Source: Camelus dromedarius (Eukaryota). Taken from it: 64,000 nt of DNA. Location of the stretch: positions 33,916,001-33,980,000 of the forward strand of contig NC_087447.1 of NCBI RefSeq assembly GCF_036321535.1, given 5' to 3'. Below, piece by piece: positions 59,753-64,000 of this stretch. Made by a program: the position numbers and the translations under genes. How positions within the stretch are numbered: the first letter of the stretch is position 1; every line of letters begins with the position of its first letter. The notes under the pieces are model-generated. The model worked only from the letters and a program-made list of their open reading frames with translations, ran no database searches and had not been told where the DNA came from.

Positions 59753-61085
59753 AAAATCTTTCTGATCCACCTAAATGTCTCACTGTACCACTCGTCCTCC
59801 TTGTGGTCTAAACCAGTGATCCTCAAACTGAGATGTACAAACCTCCTTTCTACTACTAAACATCACTGAGTATCTGGGTGGGGAATAGCTCAGTGGTAGA
59901 GTGCGTGCTTAGCATGCACGAGGTCCTGGGTTTACTCCCCAGTATCTGCATTAAAAAAAAAAAAAAAGACAAAAATTTTTAAAAAATCATAAAAATCATT
60001 GAGTATCTAAAAGACTTTTTGTTTCTGTGGGTTTTATCTATTGATAATTTTAGTATAAGAAATCAAGACTAAGAAAACATTTATATACTTATTACTTCCT
60101 TTTAAAACAATCCTATTAACTATCCATATAAATGCTGCATTTTATGAAAGAGAAGTACATGCTACGAAACAAAAAAGTCAGAAAGAAGAGTGGCACCGCT
60201 TTACATTTCTGCAAACCTCTTTAATGACTGGCTTAATGGGAGACAGCTGGAGCCTCCTTATCTGTAGCTACAGTCTGTTGTAATAGGAAAAAAACCTGGC
60301 CTCATGCAGATATGCAGTGAGGGGAAGAGGACTGTTTGCAGAGCCTTAGATGATTGTGGCTTTTCTTTGATACAATAGCAAAACTTGACAAGCGGTAGTT
60401 TTTTAAAGGTTTGTAGCGATTTGGAATCTAAATTCCTATGGATGAGCTTTTCAACTCTATTACATTAAAGCCCATTGCTCTGTCTTGCATTTTGAATGGA
60501 TGTTTTACTCATGTATGATTTTGTAACATGATGCTTTGGTTACTTGGAAAACAGTAGTTCACCGAGTAATGCAGATATTCTAAATGTTGACACTTTTCAT
60601 ATATTGTCAAACATTATATTTGTTAATATCATCACCCATCTCATCATAAGAGTCTTGAGAAGCTCTTAAGCTCACGGTGGCAGATAAACAAGTTTTCCAA
60701 AATTTAAATTTTTATTTGAAAGCTTAAATTTTATGATGGGGACAAATGTGATCAGTTTTTCTTCAAGTGAAAGGCTCACTTCATTCATTTTTTGAGAAAG
60801 TGTTTGCAGGATACTACCTGAAACCACAGTTTGTCTATCAGTCATTCTTTCAAGTAAAGATGGGATTTCATAAAAAATGTGGCTAGTTCAATTACGTACA
60901 TGCTTTTCCTTGAAATACCCATCACATTTCAGGCTGCAGCAGAAGGGCTTTATGCACACTTCTCATCTCATCATACATAGTATGAGAAGGATTACAAATT
61001 AAATACTTAAATGTTTAAACTTGATAACAATAATTTTCCCTGCCTCATCAAGTACATTCTTAAGTGATATTGACTGGCTGTGGGG
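59753..61085. mobile_element. Charlie1a-like hAT DNA transposon fragment
   Basis: CAGTGATCCTCAAACT terminus; GGCTTAATGGGAGACAGCTGG, AAAACTTGACAAGCGGTAGTTT, GCTCACGGTGGCAGATA. Confidence 0.75.
59876..59990 (+). mobile_element. Camelid tRNA-Ala-derived SINE (vic-1 type), short form, nested in Charlie1
   Basis: GGGTGGGGAATAGCTCAGTGGTAGAGTGCGTGCTTAGCATGCACGAGGTCCTGGGTTTACTCCCC + A-tail; TSD AAA(C/A)ATCA(C/T)TGAGTATCT at 59858-59875 and 59991-60008. Confidence 0.88.
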
Positions 61086-62513
61086 AGGAGGCAGCAGAGA
61101 GGCATACATTGCTGGTAGGAATGTAGTTTGGTGCAGTCGAACATTTATTAAAAAATCCAAATGTGTTTGCATAAATGTGTTGCAAGGGATAAAACAAGAT
61201 CACAGTCTTTATAGTTTAAATGGCAAAAGTACTATTAGAGGAAGGTGCTTATTAAAAGCAAAAGTGAGGTTTCAATTCATTCTTTGCTAATCCAAGCAAC
61301 AAAAGTGTGCACCCCACCCCCTGCCCAAGCTCGATGGGGTTGATGGTTCTATTATTTAACCCACTCATCCCTACTCTCCCGTCCAAGCCCCCACCATCAG
61401 GGTAATGCCTCCTGGAATTCTTTTTGGCACAAACATCTTGTTTTAGGACCGTGTTTAGACTGTGATTAAAAGAGGATTATTTACACCACGTAGGCATCCA
61501 GTGTGAAAGGACAGGCCACCCTCTGCACTTTACTAAACTTTTCTGTAAATATCACACCCCAGCAATCACCAACAAACTAAGCAAAGCAGATCAAGGGGTG
61601 AGAAAGCTGAGTTTGTATTGTTCTTAGCAAAAAGTTTCATTTCAACTCCAGCTGCCACTAAACTCCTCATTCTTAAATCAAAAGGACTCGTTCACTGGGA
61701 TTGATGATGTAAGTAGTGCTAAAGTTTGTATTCCAAGAAAACCCTCCTGTTAACGCTGTATAGTAAGAGGAAATGACCAGGAATGAATGGTTATTAATTG
61801 TTAACAAGGCTTTGGACAGACTGGTTTACAGAGGCCTATGTCACACACAGGATATTTGAGAAAGTAGTTTCTCATTCCAAGTTCTCACCTAAGTTTTCCT
61901 TGCCTCAACAGCGAATTAACTCCTCACATTTGTTCAGAGTTTAAAACTTTTACCTTACCTCATCCCATTTGAGTTTCACATCGACCCCATGAGATCATCA
62001 GGAGCAGGTTTCATTTTCCCCGTGTTTCACATAGGCTTAGAAAAGTTGATGGATTTTCCCAATGTGGCACAGCCTGTAAGCAGTGAAGATGGTACTTGAA
62101 CCAAAGTTTCTTAACTCTACAGCAGGGCTCTTCCATTTAACAGGAATTTACTGAGTGCCTTCTGTGTGGCTGGATCTCTGGTTTTTCCTGAGGATGGAGT
62201 GACACCTGAAACAAACACGGTCCTTGGTCCCAGGAGCTTACCATCCAGCAGGAGAGGAAGAGGCTGACCAAGTCAGTGAATAGATGCATATATAATTACA
62301 AATTGTCATAGGGCTATAAAGGAGGTAAATAGAATGCAGGGCTAGCCAGGGAGAGCCACTTTAAGGAGGTGACATTTTAGCAGAAGTCAGGTACCAGTAG
62401 GGCACTTATTGTGAAAAGGATAATTCAGATGATTTATGACCAAGTCTGCAAAGGGCATGGTGATGGAGAAAGGAACTAAGAGATACAACGTGGTTAAAGA
62501 GAATAACAGCCTG

Positions 62514-63038
62514 CAACAGATGACTGGAGAAAGAGGCTGTGGTATATTTATACAATGGAATACTATTCAGTTATAAAAACGACAACATAACGCCATTTGC
62601 AGCAACATGGATGTCCCTGGAGAATGTCATTCTAACTGAAGTAAGCTGGAAAGAGAAAGAAAAATACCATATGATGTCACTCATATGTGTAATCTAAAAA
62701 TAAAAGAAGACAAATGAACTTAAATATAAAACAGAAACAGACTCACAGACATAGAATACAAACTTGTGGTTGCCACGGGCGAGGGGGGTGGGAAAGGACA
62801 GACTGGAAGTTCGAGATTTGTAGATACTGACAGGTCTATGTAGAATAGATAAACAAGTTTATACCGTACAGCACAGGGAAATATATTCAAGATCTTGTAG
62901 TAGATCATGGTGAAAAAGAATATGAAAATGAATCTATGTATATTCATGTATGACTGAAAAATTGTGCTGTACACCAGAAATGACACAATATTATAAACTG
63001 ACTATAATTCTACAAAAAAAGTTAAAACAAACAAACAA
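62514..63038 (+). mobile_element. Young camelid-type L1 3' end inserted in an antisense L2 (~62140-63420)
   Basis: TSD AAAGAGAA(T/C)AA(C/T)AGCCTG at 62496-62513 and 63039-63056; TT|AAAG nick site. Confidence 0.88.
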
Positions 63039-63668
63039 AAAGAGAACAATAGCCTGGACCAGATGGAGTTGGAGGAGGGGCAGTGAGTCCCTCCCAGCTT
63101 TGTAGGGCTGTTAAAGGGCTTACATTTCATTCTATGTGGGACAGGAAAGCACAGAGAGTTTTCAGCACAGATTGACATGATTTGGATTTTTTTTTTTAAA
63201 TCATCCTGAGCATGAGGTGAAGAATGGATTGAAGAATGAATGGGTTCTACCCTAGGCAGGAGTGGAAACAGGATGATCAGTTGACCACAGTTAAAAATCA
63301 GGGCGACCTGGACCAGGGAAGTGGCAGGGAGGGTGAAGAGGGGGTGAGGGCTGAAAGAAGGATGCACAGGTCGTAGGAATGGATTCACTGTGGGAAGTGA
63401 GGAGGACGGAGGAATGCACTGTGCTGTTCAGGAAAAAAGCCAGCCTCAGAACTATACATGAATTCATTTACAGAAAAGAAAAGATAAATTTGTTAAGAAA
63501 GATCATAAAGGACTTACAGCTTGAGTTAGGTTGATTTTGGGTGTAAGAGGAAACCCCAGATGACAACAGTTCACAACAACACGCCCGTTTCTCTCCCGTA
63601 TGCGGGTGCGGGGGTGGAACAGTGTCTCGGGTCTTTTCGGCCTTCCTGTCTCCCTTAATACGCAGCTC

Positions 63669-64000
63669 TGTGACACTGTGACTTATCATAAGAAATATGT
63701 ATTTGGTCTTTGTCCCCCTTTCTGGCGCAGAGCTCCTAAAACCCTGGGAATTTCCTAAGTGATAAGAGAGATAAAGGTATCTTGATATCCATGGCAAACA
63801 CCTTCCAAACACATCCGAGTTTATGTTAATGAGGTGACTTTGGGAAAGCACCAAGGCTGGGGGCTGGTGGCCAGGGGAACCAACCCTGTGATTAGAGGGT
63901 TGGAACTTTTAGTCCCCCCCCACCGCCTGTGGGGAGGGGAGAGGGACAATCATACCTCTGTAATGAAGCCTTCATAAAAGCCCAAGAGTTCGCGATTTGG
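63669..64000 (+). mobile_element. MER21-like LTR (runs off the window)
   Basis: TGTGACACTGTGACTTATCATAAGAAATATGTATTTGGTC...CAGAGCTCCTAAAACCCTGGGAATTTCCT...GTGATTAGAGGGTTGGAACTTT. Confidence 0.8.

Noticed and set aside
59876..59950. Apparent tRNA-Ala(AGC) genes here and at 30.6 kb and 41.2 kb
   Set aside because: Poly(A) tails, TSDs and imperfect acceptor stems show they are SINE copies, not tRNA genes.
1..64000. A novel multi-gene or prokaryote-like system (operon, CRISPR, intact viral or transposase gene)
   Set aside because: No long unexplained ORF, repeat-spacer array or compositional break; everything is accounted for by DBX1, its likely regulatory DNA and decayed mammalian repeats.

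Overview
Mammalian genomic DNA, almost certainly a camelid (Camelus/Vicugna/Lama), judged from three tRNA-Ala-derived vic-1-type SINEs and cetartiodactyl-type L1 3' ends. The only protein-coding gene I can support is the homeobox gene DBX1 on the + strand: four coding exons (51797-52163, 52802-52903, 54806-55008, 55422-55787; 345 aa), a CCAAT/GC/TATA promoter, CpG islands and a ~1.15 kb 3' UTR with AATAAA at 56923. The ~50 kb upstream is gene-free. It is a mosaic of old and young interspersed repeats (L1, L2, MIR, MaLR/ERVL LTRs, hAT/Tigger MITEs) broken by repeat-poor, homeodomain/SOX/POU-motif-rich blocks and an orphan CpG island (~17.6-19.0 kb) that look like DBX1 regulatory elements. I found no new multi-gene system. 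The best second-look items are: an L1 3'-transduction with TSDs (39.8-40.3 kb), a MER53 hairpin carrying a miR-1302-like arm (44.2 kb), a ~170 bp dispersed direct repeat with a highly conserved core (27.5/28.4 kb), a well-formed putative non-coding exon upstream of the DBX1 promoter, a putative cassette exon in intron 3 that would remove the homeodomain recognition helix, and a perfect PAX6 paired-domain core in intron 2. Repeat subfamily names are from recognition of consensus motifs by eye, and repeat boundaries are approximate unless TSDs are given.
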